A stretch of 64,000 nucleotides of DNA from Candidatus Binatia bacterium (GTDB lineage: Bacteria > Desulfobacterota > Binatia > Bin18), in the NCBI GenBank assembly GCA_963664395.2, contig OY761159.2, forward strand, positions 3,712,001 to 3,776,000, written 5' to 3'. Both the position numbers and the translations under genes were made by a program. Under the pieces are notes generated by a model. The model worked only from the letters and a program-made list of their open reading frames with translations. It did no database searches and was not told where the DNA came from. Below are positions 41,720 through 52,214 of the stretch, piece by piece; position 1 is the stretch's first letter, and each line of letters starts with the position of its first letter.

Positions 41720-42619
41720 ATGCAGAAGCCACCGGTCGACTACATCAAACGCATTACGGATAATTATGCCGCGCTTGGCTACAAGACGTATCAATGGGTG
41801 CATAACGAAGACACGCCGCCGTGGACCCCGCTGACCAAGCCGCTGTCGGAGTGCCGCCTGGGCTTGATCGCTTCCGGTGGCATTTATGTGACCGGCCAAA
41901 TCGCTTTTCATACCAAGGACGACTTCTCGTTCCGTACTATCCCAAAGGATGTCAAAACCTCAGACCTGCGGACCGCCCATTTCGCCTACGATCAGACCGA
42001 CGCCCGGAATGATCCCAATGTCGTTTTCCCGATTGACACGCTCCGCCGTTTAGAAGAAGAAGGCGTCATCGGCGAGCTGGCCGATAACGCCTTTACCTTT
42101 ATGGGCGGCATTTATTCGACCCGGAAAGTCCGTGAGACATTAGCCCCGCAACTGACCGAGCAGTTGAAGGCCGAACGGGTTGATGTGGCTTTGCTGGTGC
42201 CCGTTTGACCGGTGTGTCATCAGTCCGTGGGACTGATTGCCCGCCATGTCGAGGCCGCCGGCATCCCGACCTTATGCATGGGCAGCGCGCTGGATATTCT
42301 CCAGGCCGTGTATCCTCCCCGCGCGGCCTTTCTCGACTATTTGCTCGGTCACACAACCGGCAAGCCGCTTGAACCGGAACTCCAGCGAGCGATCCTGCTT
42401 GAGGCTCTGGGCGCGTTCTCTTCCTTACAAGAGCCCGGCCAGATTAAACATCTCCCATTCCGCTGGGCGGAAGATGATGACTGGAAAGACGGTGTGATGA
42501 ACGACGGCGACTCCCGCACCCCGCGCCAGGATACCCCACAGTATCAAACCGAAGAAGACCGTATTCTGGCCGAGCAGAACGACCCGGAAGCCTGCGAGGT
42601 GTGTGAGACGGCGGCCTAA
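41720..42619 (+). CDS. Selenoprotein B family (GrdB/PrdB-like reductase subunit), probable Sec at codon 163
   Basis: ORFs 41672-42208 and 42212-42619 are in frame and read LLVPV-U-PVCHQSVGLIAR..EAAGIPT, with TGA at 42206-42208. N-terminal PWTPLTKPLSECRLGL..SGG and DPNVVFPID are family motifs. GGAGGAG RBS precedes ATG 41720. Confidence 0.85.
42219..42237 (+). promoter_or_regulatory. Candidate bacterial SECIS element
   Basis: Perfect 8-bp stem ATCAGTCC-GTG-GGACTGAT. The loop starts with G, 18 nt after the UGA. Confidence 0.7.
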
Positions 42620-42673
42620 AGGCGGACACAGACTGTCGGGCAGAGGGAGACAGCGTTCCCACCGAAATCTGTT

Positions 42674-42706
42674 CCCTCTCCCTCTGGGAGAGGGCCAGGG
42701 TGAGGG
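42674..42706. repeat. REP-like element
   Basis: CCCTCTCCC-TCT-GGGAGAGGG-CCAGGGTGAGGG, a widespread extragenic palindrome type. Confidence 0.7.
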
Positions 42707-42726
42707 TTCCCCTCCGAGGAGACGCA

Positions 42727-43499
42727 ATGGCAGGGCGTGAGTCACTTGGCGGAGCCACTGTGGTCGTCGGGTGTGGAGGTATCGGCAGCGCTGTCATTGC
42801 CAAGATCGCTGACCAGGGGCTCCCGCTTGTTGCCGCTGATATCGATTATGCGCGCGCCGAGGCGAGTGTCGCCAATCTTCATACCGAAGCCCTGGCCCAC
42901 AGTGTTGACGTGACGGATGAGGCGTCTGTTGCCTCTTTGATTGCTCAGGCGCGTGCGGTGTTCGGTGTCGTCACCCGGCTCGTATATACCGTCGGTATTA
43001 TCCACACCGGCAACTTCCTGGAGCTGTCTCCCCGTCAGTGGCGCCGGACGTTCGAGGTGAATCTGACCGGCGCATTTTGCAGCATCCAGGCCACTGCTCG
43101 TCACCTGATCGAGAACAATCAACCTGGCCGTATGGTGATGGTGGCCTCGGTTGCCGGGCGTGGACCGCGTGCCGATAGTAGCGACTATGCGGCGAGTAAG
43201 GCCGGCCTCATTATCTGGTGCGCTCCGCTGCCCTCAGCCTTGCTGCTGCCAACATTCAGGTCAATGCGGTCTGCCCAGGAATCGTAGATACTGCAATGAC
43301 GTATGGCATCCATACGGAACGAGCTGCCCGGCGCGGCATCAGCGTAGAAGAATCTCTGGTCGGGTTGGCCGACGCCATTCCGCTCGGGCGGATCGAAAGC
43401 CCCCAGGAGGTTGCCGAGGTCATTTGGTTTCTCCTGTCAGATGCAGCGAGCTATATAACCGGCCAAGCGCTCAACGTCTGCGGCGGGATTGGCCTTTGA
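42727..43499 (+). pseudogene. SDR-family oxidoreductase with a single-base frameshift
   Basis: GCGGIG, VNLTG and YAASK in one frame; VRSAALSLA..VNAVCPG..YITGQ in another. The frames join by adding one base near 43213. Confidence 0.8.
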
Positions 43500-43562
43500 C
43501 TGAGAGGAGCAGGCCTACCGGGAATCGTTCTCCATATTCATTGAGCGCCAAAGGAGATTGCC

Positions 43563-44036
43563 ATGTTGGGTGTATGGCATTTCAGCCTGACCGTCTCAGA
43601 CCTTGAGCGATCAATTTCATTCTACCAGAAGCTGGGACTCAAGCTGCTGCTTGTCCAGGAACAGGCCAACGCCTATACAAGCCGTTTGGTTGGGTATGAG
43701 AACGCCCACCTCAAGGTTGCCCAATTCATCATCCCAGGACAGCCGCGCGGTCGCTCGACCCACGACCTTGAGCTGGTCGAGTACATACATCCCAAAGGCA
43801 GGCGACAAAAGCCGGACGTCTGCAATCCCGGCGAGGCCCACCTCGCCCTCACGGTCACAGACATCCACGCTCGTTACGAACAGCTCAAGGCAGACGGCGT
43901 TCATTTTTTCTCGCCGCCGAACGCCATCACTTCAGGCGTCAACCGGGGTGGCTACACCTGCTACTTTTGGGATCCCGATCAGATCGTTCTTGAGCTGGTT
44001 CAGCCTCCCTCGGAAAGATCACCTTCGCCTCAATGA
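43563..44036 (+). CDS. VOC/glyoxalase family protein
   Basis: HFSLTVSDLERSISFY, LELVEY, HLALTV and YFWDPDQIVLELVQ motifs. Confidence 0.88.
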   Translation: MLGVWHFSLTVSDLERSISFYQKLGLKLLLVQEQANAYTSRLVGYENAHLKVAQFIIPGQPRGRSTHDLELVEYIHPKGRRQKPDVCNPGEAHLALTVTDIHARYEQLKADGVHFFSPPNAITSGVNRGGYTCYFWDPDQIVLELVQPPSERSPSPQ

Positions 44037-44088
44037 ATACATCAAAGAAGCTATAGCGGTCAGGATATTGTTCCCCGGCCTGCCGAAC

Positions 44089-44511
44089 CTATTTCGGGCA
44101 CTTCTCCGCATACGGGCCTATTGAAGGCAGTAACTCGACGGTACTCCCATTGACGGAAACGCCCTTCAGAGTTTTTCCTAAACGACTCAAACTGCGGCAC
44201 CCTTTTTTGTTTTCTATGATCAGTACGATGCCAGGCTGACGATCTAGTCCTATCTGTTGAGTATAGTGTACGACTTGTCCAATGCTTCTTAGGACCTCGC
44301 TCCATGTACCGGCACGCTTAAACTCAACGACGTGTGTGTCAGTAAGGCAATCCGCTTCAGTCTTGTCGTCGAGAGGCCAGTACCGTTCACCACTATTCGC
44401 CGAACACCATTCCTTCACATAATCATCTTCGTCCTTGTCTTCGTTTTGATCCGCTTGCCCTTCCAAGGGGAAGAGTATGGCGATCGCAAGGGTAGCCAGT
44501 ATTCTTCTCAT
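44089..44511 (-). CDS. Exported hypothetical protein with PD-(D/E)XK-like motif
   Basis: Signal peptide MRRILATLAIAILFPLEGQA; ADCLT...VEFK...IGQVVHY. Confidence 0.55.
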   Translation of the reverse strand: MRRILATLAIAILFPLEGQADQNEDKDEDDYVKEWCSANSGERYWPLDDKTEADCLTDTHVVEFKRAGTWSEVLRSIGQVVHYTQQIGLDRQPGIVLIIENKKGCRSLSRLGKTLKGVSVNGSTVELLPSIGPYAEKCPK

Positions 44512-44521
44512 AATGCTCGTC

Positions 44522-44830
44522 CTACAACTGTTCCACCAGCTTCTCGACCTCGCTCCATTCCACAATCGGGGTCAGGCGGCGCTTCTCAATCAGGCCGCTT
44601 GAGACGATTCTGCCAAAGACCTGAAAGGTCGGGGTATGGTCGGGAATATCCACCAGAAAGATGACCTTGGGCTCTTCATTCGAGAACCACGGGCCACCGG
44701 CAAAGCGAACCTCTTGCGGCGCGCCGACCGAGGCCGGATTTTTTGCGGCCGAGCCTATGAGCCCGACAAATTCCTTCATCCGCTCCGGGCTCGGATCCTT
44801 GAGCCAGACTTCGTCAAGATAGAGTGCCAT
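44522..44830 (-). CDS. Small hypothetical protein (DUF3303-like ferredoxin fold)
   Basis: GAGG RBS and ATG 44830; GPW...IFLVD...RLTPIV pattern. Confidence 0.55.
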   Translation of the reverse strand: MALYLDEVWLKDPSPERMKEFVGLIGSAAKNPASVGAPQEVRFAGGPWFSNEEPKVIFLVDIPDHTPTFQVFGRIVSSGLIEKRRLTPIVEWSEVEKLVEQL

Positions 44831-44945
44831 GCTTCCCTCCTCAAAAAAGATGTTGAGGGTATAGCAAAGTCCACGCAGGAGAAAAAGAGAAGGAGGCCGT
44901 CTGCGGCGAGGAATAAGGAGCCGAAGCGATGCCGTGCTTTCTTTG

Positions 44946-45200
44946 TTACTCAGCCAGCAGGTCGTCCAGCTCGCCACTGACTTCCAGCGTCTGCAACTCC
45001 ATGAATCCGCCGATGGACTCGTCCCCAATAAAAATTTGGGGTACAGTCCGTTGACCTGAGCGTTGGACAATCTCTTGACGCCGGGCGGGATCGTCAGACA
45101 CGTCGATGTCTTCGAATGGGATTCCTTTTTGTGTCAGCAAAGCCTTTGCTGCGGTGCAAAAGCCTCAATAATCTGTTGAGTAGACGGTAATTTTTTTCAT
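44946..45200 (-). CDS. Glutaredoxin (Grx3-like), probable selenoprotein with UGFC active site
   Basis: From ATG 45200 (GGAGG RBS): MKKITVYSTDY-U-GFCTAAKALL...RTVPQIFI...IGGF. The TGA at 45167-45165 occupies the first Cys of the CxxC motif. Confidence 0.88.
45135..45151 (-). promoter_or_regulatory. Candidate bacterial SECIS element
   Basis: CAGCAAA-GGC-TTTGCTG hairpin. The loop begins with G, 20 nt after the UGA. Confidence 0.6.
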
Positions 45201-45239
45201 GAACGATACCCCTCCTGCCTATTGATTCGTAAGAAAGCA

Positions 45240-46724
45240 CTATGGCAGCTCGGTGCTGCCCATGAGATAGCTGTCAACTTCTCTGGCCGCCCCGCGCCCT
45301 TCATTAAAGGCCCAGACGACCAGACTCTGGCCGCGACGCAGGTCGCCGGCGGCAAAGACGCCGTCCACGTTTGTCTGGAACCGACCGTATTCCGCTTTGG
45401 CATTCGAGCGCGGGTCGCGCTCAACCCCGAGTTGTTCGAGGACCGGGTCTTCCGGCCCAAGAAATCCCATGGCCAGAAAAACCAGGTCTGCCGGCCATAC
45501 CTTTTCTGTTCCTGATAGGGGTTTGGGAATAAACGCGCCGTTTTCGTTTTTCCCCCACTCTATCTCTACGGTGTGCAGTTCTTTGACGTTGCCGTCTGCG
45601 TCGCCCACAAATTTTTCCGTCTGAATCAGATAAATGCGCGGGTCTGTCCCAAACCGGGCTTCTGCTTCCTCCTGTCCATAATCGACCCGCAAAATCTTGG
45701 GCCACTCCGGCCAGGGATTGTCCGGCTGCCGCTCCAAGGGCGGCTGGGGAAGAATTTCAAATTGGGTCAGCGTCTTACATTTGTGGCGGAGTGATGTCCC
45801 AACGCAGTCGGTTCCGGTATCTCCACCTCCAATAACGATCACATGTTTATCTGCCGCGGAAATATACGCCCCATCCGCATGTTCTGAGTCGAGCAGGCTT
45901 TTGGTATTGGCGTGGAGGAACTCCATGGCGAAATGGATGCCGTTGAGGTCGCGGCCGTCTGCCGGCAGGTCACGCGGTTTTGTCGCGCCGCCGCACAAGA
46001 CTATCGCGTCAAAATCTTCTCGTAATTGAGTCGCAGGAATGTCGCTGCCAATAGTCGTGTTCGTCACAAAAGTAATGCCTTCTTGGGCCATAATTTCAAT
46101 ACGACGCTGCACGATGGCCTTATCCAGTTTCATATTGGGAATGCCATACATGAGCAAGCCGCCGATACGGTCGGCTCGTTCGTATACCGTGACCGCGTGG
46201 CCAGCCTTGTTGAGCTGCGCAGCACACGAAAGACCTGCCGGGCCCGAACCAACCACGGCCACCTTTTTCCCCGTCCGTTTCTCCGGAGGGAGAGGGACGA
46301 CCCAGCCTTCTGCAAAGCCGCGGTCAACGATGGAGCATTCAAGATTTTTAATCGTGACCGGCGGATTCGTAATACCGAGCACGCACGAGCCTTCGCACGG
46401 CGCCGGACATACCCGACCGGTGAACTCCGGGAAATTATTGGTTTTGTGCAGCCGCTCAAGCGCTTCCCGCCAGAGTCCATGGTAGACTAGGTCATTCCAC
46501 TCGGGGATGAGGTTATTAATCGGACAACCTGACGCCATGCCGCTGATCAGGGTGCCGGTGTGGCAGAACGGAATGCCGCAGTCCATACAGCGGCCGCCTT
46601 GTGCCTGGAGCTTATCGTCAGGAAAATGCTGATGGAATTCTTTCCAGTCGTTGGTGCGCTCGACCGCTGAACGGTCTGCGGGTAGCTCCCGCTCGTATTC
46701 CATGAATCCAGTTGGCTTACCCAT
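45240..46724 (-). CDS. gltD: Glutamate synthase small subunit
   Basis: [29 protein letters not shown] and [10 protein letters not shown] motifs. Confidence 0.96.
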   Translation of the reverse strand: MGKPTGFMEYERELPADRSAVERTNDWKEFHQHFPDDKLQAQGGRCMDCGIPFCHTGTLISGMASGCPINNLIPEWNDLVYHGLWREALERLHKTNNFPEFTGRVCPAPCEGSCVLGITNPPVTIKNLECSIVDRGFAEGWVVPLPPEKRTGKKVAVVGSGPAGLSCAAQLNKAGHAVTVYERADRIGGLLMYGIPNMKLDKAIVQRRIEIMAQEGITFVTNTTIGSDIPATQLREDFDAIVLCGGATKPRDLPADGRDLNGIHFAMEFLHANTKSLLDSEHADGAYISAADKHVIVIGGGDTGTDCVGTSLRHKCKTLTQFEILPQPPLERQPDNPWPEWPKILRVDYGQEEAEARFGTDPRIYLIQTEKFVGDADGNVKELHTVEIEWGKNENGAFIPKPLSGTEKVWPADLVFLAMGFLGPEDPVLEQLGVERDPRSNAKAEYGRFQTNVDGVFAAGDLRRGQSLVVWAFNEGRGAAREVDSYLMGSTELP

Positions 46725-46761
46725 GCTCTCTTCCTTCGCGGTCTTCCTTCGTCAGTCGGTC

Positions 46762-49700
46762 TTAGTTGCCGCTTACCCGAGCGGCATCGTTCTTATTGGC
46801 CTCAAAAGCCGCCATGATGGCTTCGTCGCCGGCCAGGCCGCTGCTTTCCGCACTGGCAATAGCGTCGAGCATGCGTTGATAATCCTTGGGCATGACTTTG
46901 ACAAACTTCAGTGCACTTGAATCCCAATTGTCAAGAATCCGCTGCGCCTGAACGCTGTGGGTATAGTGGACATGCTGGTGAAGCAGCGCCTGAACGTCCT
47001 GGAGATCATCCTCCCTCAGTGTATCCAAAGTGACGGTTTCGAGATTACAGTGGTTCCGAAAGGTCCCGTTCGTATCCCAGACGTAAGCAACACCGCCAGA
47101 CATGCCAGCGGCGAAGTTGCGCCCGGTCTCACCCAGGACAACCACGCGACCACCTGTCATATATTCACAGCCGTGGTCTCCGACTCCTTCAACAACCGCT
47201 CGAACACCGCTATTCCGAACACAGAAGCGTTCGCCCGCTATGCCGCGAATATATGCCTCTCCGTTCGTCGCCCCATAAAAGGCTACATTGCCAGCAATAA
47301 TGTTTTCTTCTGCAACAAAGGTCGAGCCGGTTGGTGGATACAGGATTACTTTCCCACCAGACAGGCCCTTGCCACAGTAGTCGTTGGCGTCGCCTTCTAA
47401 TTCCAGTGTCATGCCGGGTGGGACAAAGGCACCAAAACTCTGACCGGCGGAACCCTGAAAATGAAAGTGAATGGTATCCTCCGGTAAGCCTTCTCGGCCG
47501 TAGCGGCGCGTGACCTCACTCCCTAAAATCGTTCCGGCTACCCGGTTGATGTTTTGAATAGGCAGAGTAGCAAAAACCTTTTCCTGACGTTCGAGCGCCG
47601 GGCGCGCCAAGTCAATCAGGGTTTGCCTATCCAGAGAACGCTCAAGGCCGTGATTTTGGCCGATTTGACAGTAACGGCCGACTTCCGGCCCTACTTCTGG
47701 CTGGTACAGAATATCGGTGTAATCCAGCCCTTTGGCTTTCCAGTGGGCTATCGCTTTGCGGGCCTCAATCTTGTCCGTTCGACCAATCATGTCATTCATG
47801 GTCCGAAAGCCGAGTTGTGCCATATACTCCCGGATTTCCTGAGCAATGAACTGCATGAAGTGGACCGCATGTGACGGGTCACCCGTGAATTTCTTGCGTA
47901 ACGCCGGATTCTGGGTCGCGACGCCGACCGGGCAGGTGTCGAGATGGCACACCCGCATCATAATACAGCCTAATGAAACCAGCGCGGCTGTGGCAAAACC
48001 GAACTCTTCTGCGCCAAGCAGCGCGGCAATCACAACATCCCGGCCGGTTTTGAGTTGGCCGTCGGTTTCGACCACAATCCGGCTGCGCAGATTGTTCAGG
48101 ACTAATGTTTGATGCGTTTCCGCGAGGCCGAGCTCCCAGGGGAGGCCGGCATGTTTAATACTCGTCTGCGGCGAGGCCCCGGTACCACCATCGTGCCCAC
48201 TAATGAGCACAACATCGGCATGGCCTTTCGCAACACCGGCGGCAATCGTGCCGACGCCAATCTCGGAGACGAGTTTCACGCTGATACGCGCGTCCGCATT
48301 GGCGTTCTTCAGGTCGTGAATGAGCTGGGCCAGATCTTCAATTGAATAGATATCGTGGTGGGGCGGCGGCGAAATCAGTCCAACGCCAGGCGTTGATAAC
48401 CGCACCTTGGCAATCCAGGGATAGACTTTCCTGCCGGGCAGCTCTCCGCCCTCACCGGGCTTGGCACCTTGGGCCATTTTGATCTGGATCTCACGGGCTT
48501 GGGTCAGATATTCACTGGTGACACCAAAACGGCCTGAAGCGACTTGTTTAATCGCACTGTTGCGCGAATCTCCATTCGGGTCCGGGGTATAGCGCGCAAT
48601 ATCTTCTCCACCTTCGCCGGTATTACTTCTACCGCCGATGCGGTTCATGGCAATCGCCAGTGACTCATGCGCCTCTTGACTGATAGAGCCGTAGGACATG
48701 GCGCCGGTCTTAAAGCGCCTGGTAATTGCCTCAATCGGCTCGACTTCTTCAATCGGGATAGGCGCGGGCTTTAATTCCAACAATCCGCGAAGCGTGGCTA
48801 TTCGCTCCGATTGGTCGTCTATGAGCTGTGTATATTCTTTGAATGTCGCATAGTCATTGGTGCGACACGCTTTCTGCAGCGTATGAATAGTGCGCGGATT
48901 GAAGAGATGGAGCTCGCCGTCTTTGCGGAACTGATACTGGCCGTGCACTTCAAGCGTCTGGCCGCGAACGGGGTTGGCTGGGAATGCCCTGGCATGTTGT
49001 TGGCTTGCTTCTCGCGCGAGTTCCGCCAAGCCAATGCCTGCTACGCGGGAGGGAGTCCAGGTAAAATACCGATCGACCACTTCTTGGCCCAAGCCGATGG
49101 CTTCAAAAATCTGAGCGCCACAGTACGACTTAATCGTTGAAATGCCCATCTTGGACATGACTTTGACGATGCCTTTGACCGCGGCTTTGATATAGCCGCT
49201 CACCGCGTCATGGTAGGTTATGCCAGTCAGCACGCCTTCGCCGATCATATCGTTCAGGCATTCGTAGGCCATGTATGGGTTGATCGCCTGGACGCCATAT
49301 CCGAGCAGCACACAGAAATGATGAACTTCGCGTGGTTCGCCCGATTCGAGCACCAGCCCGACATGGGTACGGCTGCCGGTGCGGATCAGGTGGTGGTGCA
49401 AGCCCGACGAAGCCAGCAAGGCCGGCATCGCGGCGCGTTCGGCATCAACGCCTTTATCTGACAAGATGAGAATCGTCGCGCCGTTCTCAATGGCGGCATC
49501 CGCTGCCTGACAGAGCGCGCGTAAAGCCTGCTCAAGGCCGTCTTTGCCCCGCTTGGGGTTAAAGAGAATGGGCAATGTCACCGTCTTGAGGCCCGGTTGA
49601 TCAATGCGCCGGAGCTTTTCAACGTCCGCATTTTTCAGGACCGGAATAGACAGCCGGATTTGGCGGCAATTGTCCGGCCGGGAATCGATCAAATTTCCCT

Positions 49701-51474
49701 CTGATCCCAGCGTCAGTGTTGTTGACGTGACGAGTTCTTCCCGAATCGGATCAATGGGGGGGTTGGTGACCTGAGCAAAGAGCTGCTTAAAGTAATTGTA
49801 TAAAAGCTGTGGCTGGTCGGACAACACGGCCAGCGGCGTATCCGTGCCCATGGAACCAATAGGCTGGATCTTATTCATAGCCATTGGTCCGATATTGACC
49901 TTCAAATCTTCAAAGCTGTATCCAAACGCGCGGAGACGTTGGAGCGTCGCAGCATGATCGTACGCCGCCGGCTCTTCTGCCACATCCGGCAGCTGATCAA
50001 AATAGACTGTGTGTTCGTTCAGCCACTGCCGGTATGGCTGCGCAGTAATGATCTCCTGTTTCAATTCTTCATCACTAATAATGCGGCCTTGCTCTGTGTC
50101 GACTAAGAACATCCGTCCCGGCTGGAGCCGCCGTTTTTCTAATACGCGTTCCGGCTCAACGTCGAGCACACCCACCTCGGAACCCATGATGACCAAGTCA
50201 TCTTTGGTAACATAATATCGAGACGGACGGAGTCCGTTCCGGTCCAACACTGCTCCCACGCGGGTGCCATCCGTGAAGGCGATCGAGGCCGGGCCATCCC
50301 AGGGTTCCATCAGACAGCTGTGGTATTCATAAAATGCCCGCTTCGTGTCGGCCATGCTGGCATGATTCTCCCATGGCTCGGGGATCATCATCATCATCGC
50401 ATGGGGGAGGGAGCGACCACTCAGGGACAGGAATTCCAAGCAGTTATCAAAAATGGCTGAATCGCTGCCGTCTTCCAGGATAACGGGAAAGACCTTCGAC
50501 AGATCGTCACCGAAGAGTGCTGAGGCCATCATCGCCTGTCGGGCATGCATCCAATTCACGTTCCCCCGCAGGGTATTAATCTCGCCATTGTGGATGAGGT
50601 AGCGATACGGGTGCGAGCGTTCCCAGCTCGGAAAGGTGTTGGTACTAAAGCGTGAATGGACAAGGGCAATAGCGCTGTCCATTTCTGGGTCGGAGAGGTC
50701 CGGGTAGAATGTCTCGATCTGTTGCGGGGTGAGCATTCCCTTATAGATAATGGTCTTGTGCGACAGGCTGGGGATATAGAAATACTCTCCACCGGCTACC
50801 CCTCCGTAGCGGATGGCATTCGTGATGCGACGACGGATAATGTACAACTTTCGTTCAAAAGCGAGATTAGCTGCGGGACTATCTGCGGGACTATCTGCGG
50901 GACTATCTGCGGGACTATCTGCGGGGCTATCTGCGGGACTATCTGCGGGGCTATCTATAAGATCGGCACTGCGACCGATGAAAATTTGCCGGATAAAAGG
51001 TTCACACGCCTTGGCCGTCTCTCCTAAGCCGTCATTGTTTGTCGGTACATCTCTCCAGCCCAAGACCTCCTGGCCTTCTTCTCTGACGATGGCCTCAAGG
51101 CGCTGTTGGCACTCTTGCCGCTGGGTCACATCGGGTGGCAGGTAGATCATTCCTACCCCGTACTGGCCCGAATTGGGCAGTGTGAAGCCCCCAGCGCGAC
51201 ACCGCGCACTCAGGAATTTATGTGGGAGCTGAAGGAGCATTCCTGCGCCGTCTCCAGTGTCTTCTTCGCAGCCCCGTGCCCCGCGATGGTCCAGATTGAC
51301 GAGGACGGTTAAGCCTTGTTCGACCACCTGATGCGAGCGCTCACCTTTGATGTTGACGACAAAGCCGATCCCACAGGCGTCATGTTCAAAGCTGGGATCG
51401 TAGAGTCCTTGTTTCGGAGGTATACCGGCGTGTGTCATACGCGCCCCTTTCCTGTCTCTCTGTAGTACCGGCAT
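46762..51474 (-). CDS. gltB: Glutamate synthase large subunit
   Basis: [43 protein letters not shown] and GXGXG domain. Confidence 0.97.
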   Translation of the reverse strand: MPVLQRDRKGARMTHAGIPPKQGLYDPSFEHDACGIGFVVNIKGERSHQVVEQGLTVLVNLDHRGARGCEEDTGDGAGMLLQLPHKFLSARCRAGGFTLPNSGQYGVGMIYLPPDVTQRQECQQRLEAIVREEGQEVLGWRDVPTNNDGLGETAKACEPFIRQIFIGRSADLIDSPADSPADSPADSPADSPADSPADSPAANLAFERKLYIIRRRITNAIRYGGVAGGEYFYIPSLSHKTIIYKGMLTPQQIETFYPDLSDPEMDSAIALVHSRFSTNTFPSWERSHPYRYLIHNGEINTLRGNVNWMHARQAMMASALFGDDLSKVFPVILEDGSDSAIFDNCLEFLSLSGRSLPHAMMMMIPEPWENHASMADTKRAFYEYHSCLMEPWDGPASIAFTDGTRVGAVLDRNGLRPSRYYVTKDDLVIMGSEVGVLDVEPERVLEKRRLQPGRMFLVDTEQGRIISDEELKQEIITAQPYRQWLNEHTVYFDQLPDVAEEPAAYDHAATLQRLRAFGYSFEDLKVNIGPMAMNKIQPIGSMGTDTPLAVLSDQPQLLYNYFKQLFAQVTNPPIDPIREELVTSTTLTLGSEGNLIDSRPDNCRQIRLSIPVLKNADVEKLRRIDQPGLKTVTLPILFNPKRGKDGLEQALRALCQAADAAIENGATILILSDKGVDAERAAMPALLASSGLHHHLIRTGSRTHVGLVLESGEPREVHHFCVLLGYGVQAINPYMAYECLNDMIGEGVLTGITYHDAVSGYIKAAVKGIVKVMSKMGISTIKSYCGAQIFEAIGLGQEVVDRYFTWTPSRVAGIGLAELAREASQQHARAFPANPVRGQTLEVHGQYQFRKDGELHLFNPRTIHTLQKACRTNDYATFKEYTQLIDDQSERIATLRGLLELKPAPIPIEEVEPIEAITRRFKTGAMSYGSISQEAHESLAIAMNRIGGRSNTGEGGEDIARYTPDPNGDSRNSAIKQVASGRFGVTSEYLTQAREIQIKMAQGAKPGEGGELPGRKVYPWIAKVRLSTPGVGLISPPPHHDIYSIEDLAQLIHDLKNANADARISVKLVSEIGVGTIAAGVAKGHADVVLISGHDGGTGASPQTSIKHAGLPWELGLAETHQTLVLNNLRSRIVVETDGQLKTGRDVVIAALLGAEEFGFATAALVSLGCIMMRVCHLDTCPVGVATQNPALRKKFTGDPSHAVHFMQFIAQEIREYMAQLGFRTMNDMIGRTDKIEARKAIAHWKAKGLDYTDILYQPEVGPEVGRYCQIGQNHGLERSLDRQTLIDLARPALERQEKVFATLPIQNINRVAGTILGSEVTRRYGREGLPEDTIHFHFQGSAGQSFGAFVPPGMTLELEGDANDYCGKGLSGGKVILYPPTGSTFVAEENIIAGNVAFYGATNGEAYIRGIAGERFCVRNSGVRAVVEGVGDHGCEYMTGGRVVVLGETGRNFAAGMSGGVAYVWDTNGTFRNHCNLETVTLDTLREDDLQDVQALLHQHVHYTHSVQAQRILDNWDSSALKFVKVMPKDYQRMLDAIASAESSGLAGDEAIMAAFEANKNDAARVSGN
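50871..50954. repeat. In-frame 12-bp tandem repeat x7 encoding (DSPA)7 within gltB
   Basis: CTGCGGGRCTAT x7 (5 copies with A, 2 with G). Confidence 0.95.
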
Positions 51475-51492
51475 GAATCTCTCCTTGAGATG

Positions 51493-52035
51493 TCAGGCCC
51501 CTCGTCTTATGCGTGAGGCTAGAGATGCGGTCACTGCGTTTATTTTATGTTGCCGGCCATCCGACTTGGTGCCGGACTGGAGTCCAATCCAGAGCCCTTC
51601 GGTATGCGTGGACAACACAACGGATGTTTCCGTTCGTTCTACCCCTTCAAGAGAGCGGATTTGACGAATCACTTCCTCAAGGTCTGAAGTGTTATCGGCT
51701 TTGACTTTGAGGAGTAGGGTATATTCGCCGGTAACATGGTGACATTCCTGAATATCTTCAAAACCATCAATGGCCGTTTCAAACTGGGTAATCAGCTTGG
51801 GATGATTAATTGAGACGCCAATAAAAGCGGTAATGTCCTTCCCAAGCCTACGCGCGTCGAGAATGGCGGTGTAACCTCGGATTACTCCGCTCTCTTCCAA
51901 CTTTTTAATGCGTTCAATAACTGACGGCGCGGACAGGCCGACGCGTTCGCCGATTTTAACCAGCGGGAGTTTGCAATTTTCCTGCAGGACCGAAAGGATA
52001 TGCTTATCCAAATGGTCAATGCTGCCGAGTTCCAT
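51493..52035 (-). CDS. Lrp/AsnC family transcriptional regulator
   Basis: DKHILSVLQEN..HTH..ERIKKLEESGVIRGY and CHHVTGEY motifs. Confidence 0.92.
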   Translation of the reverse strand: MELGSIDHLDKHILSVLQENCKLPLVKIGERVGLSAPSVIERIKKLEESGVIRGYTAILDARRLGKDITAFIGVSINHPKLITQFETAIDGFEDIQECHHVTGEYTLLLKVKADNTSDLEEVIRQIRSLEGVERTETSVVLSTHTEGLWIGLQSGTKSDGRQHKINAVTASLASRIRRGA

Positions 52036-52214
52036 ATCTATCCTACTCGCTTTGGCCAGCTGCCGAATTTATTGAGGTTAAAGATGCTGAGAGGCTAATA
52101 AATAGCGAAAAGTGAGCTATTCTGTCAAGCGAATATTCAGCAGGCTATGGTTCCTTGAGTTTTTCCTAAGCCCCCGTATAATCATATGCTCCTGAGGATG
52201 CAATAGAGGCACAC

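Noticed and set aside
43205-43220. Programmed frameshift or recoding in the SDR gene
   Set aside because: No slippery heptamer or in-frame TGA; a simple deletion or sequencing error explains it.
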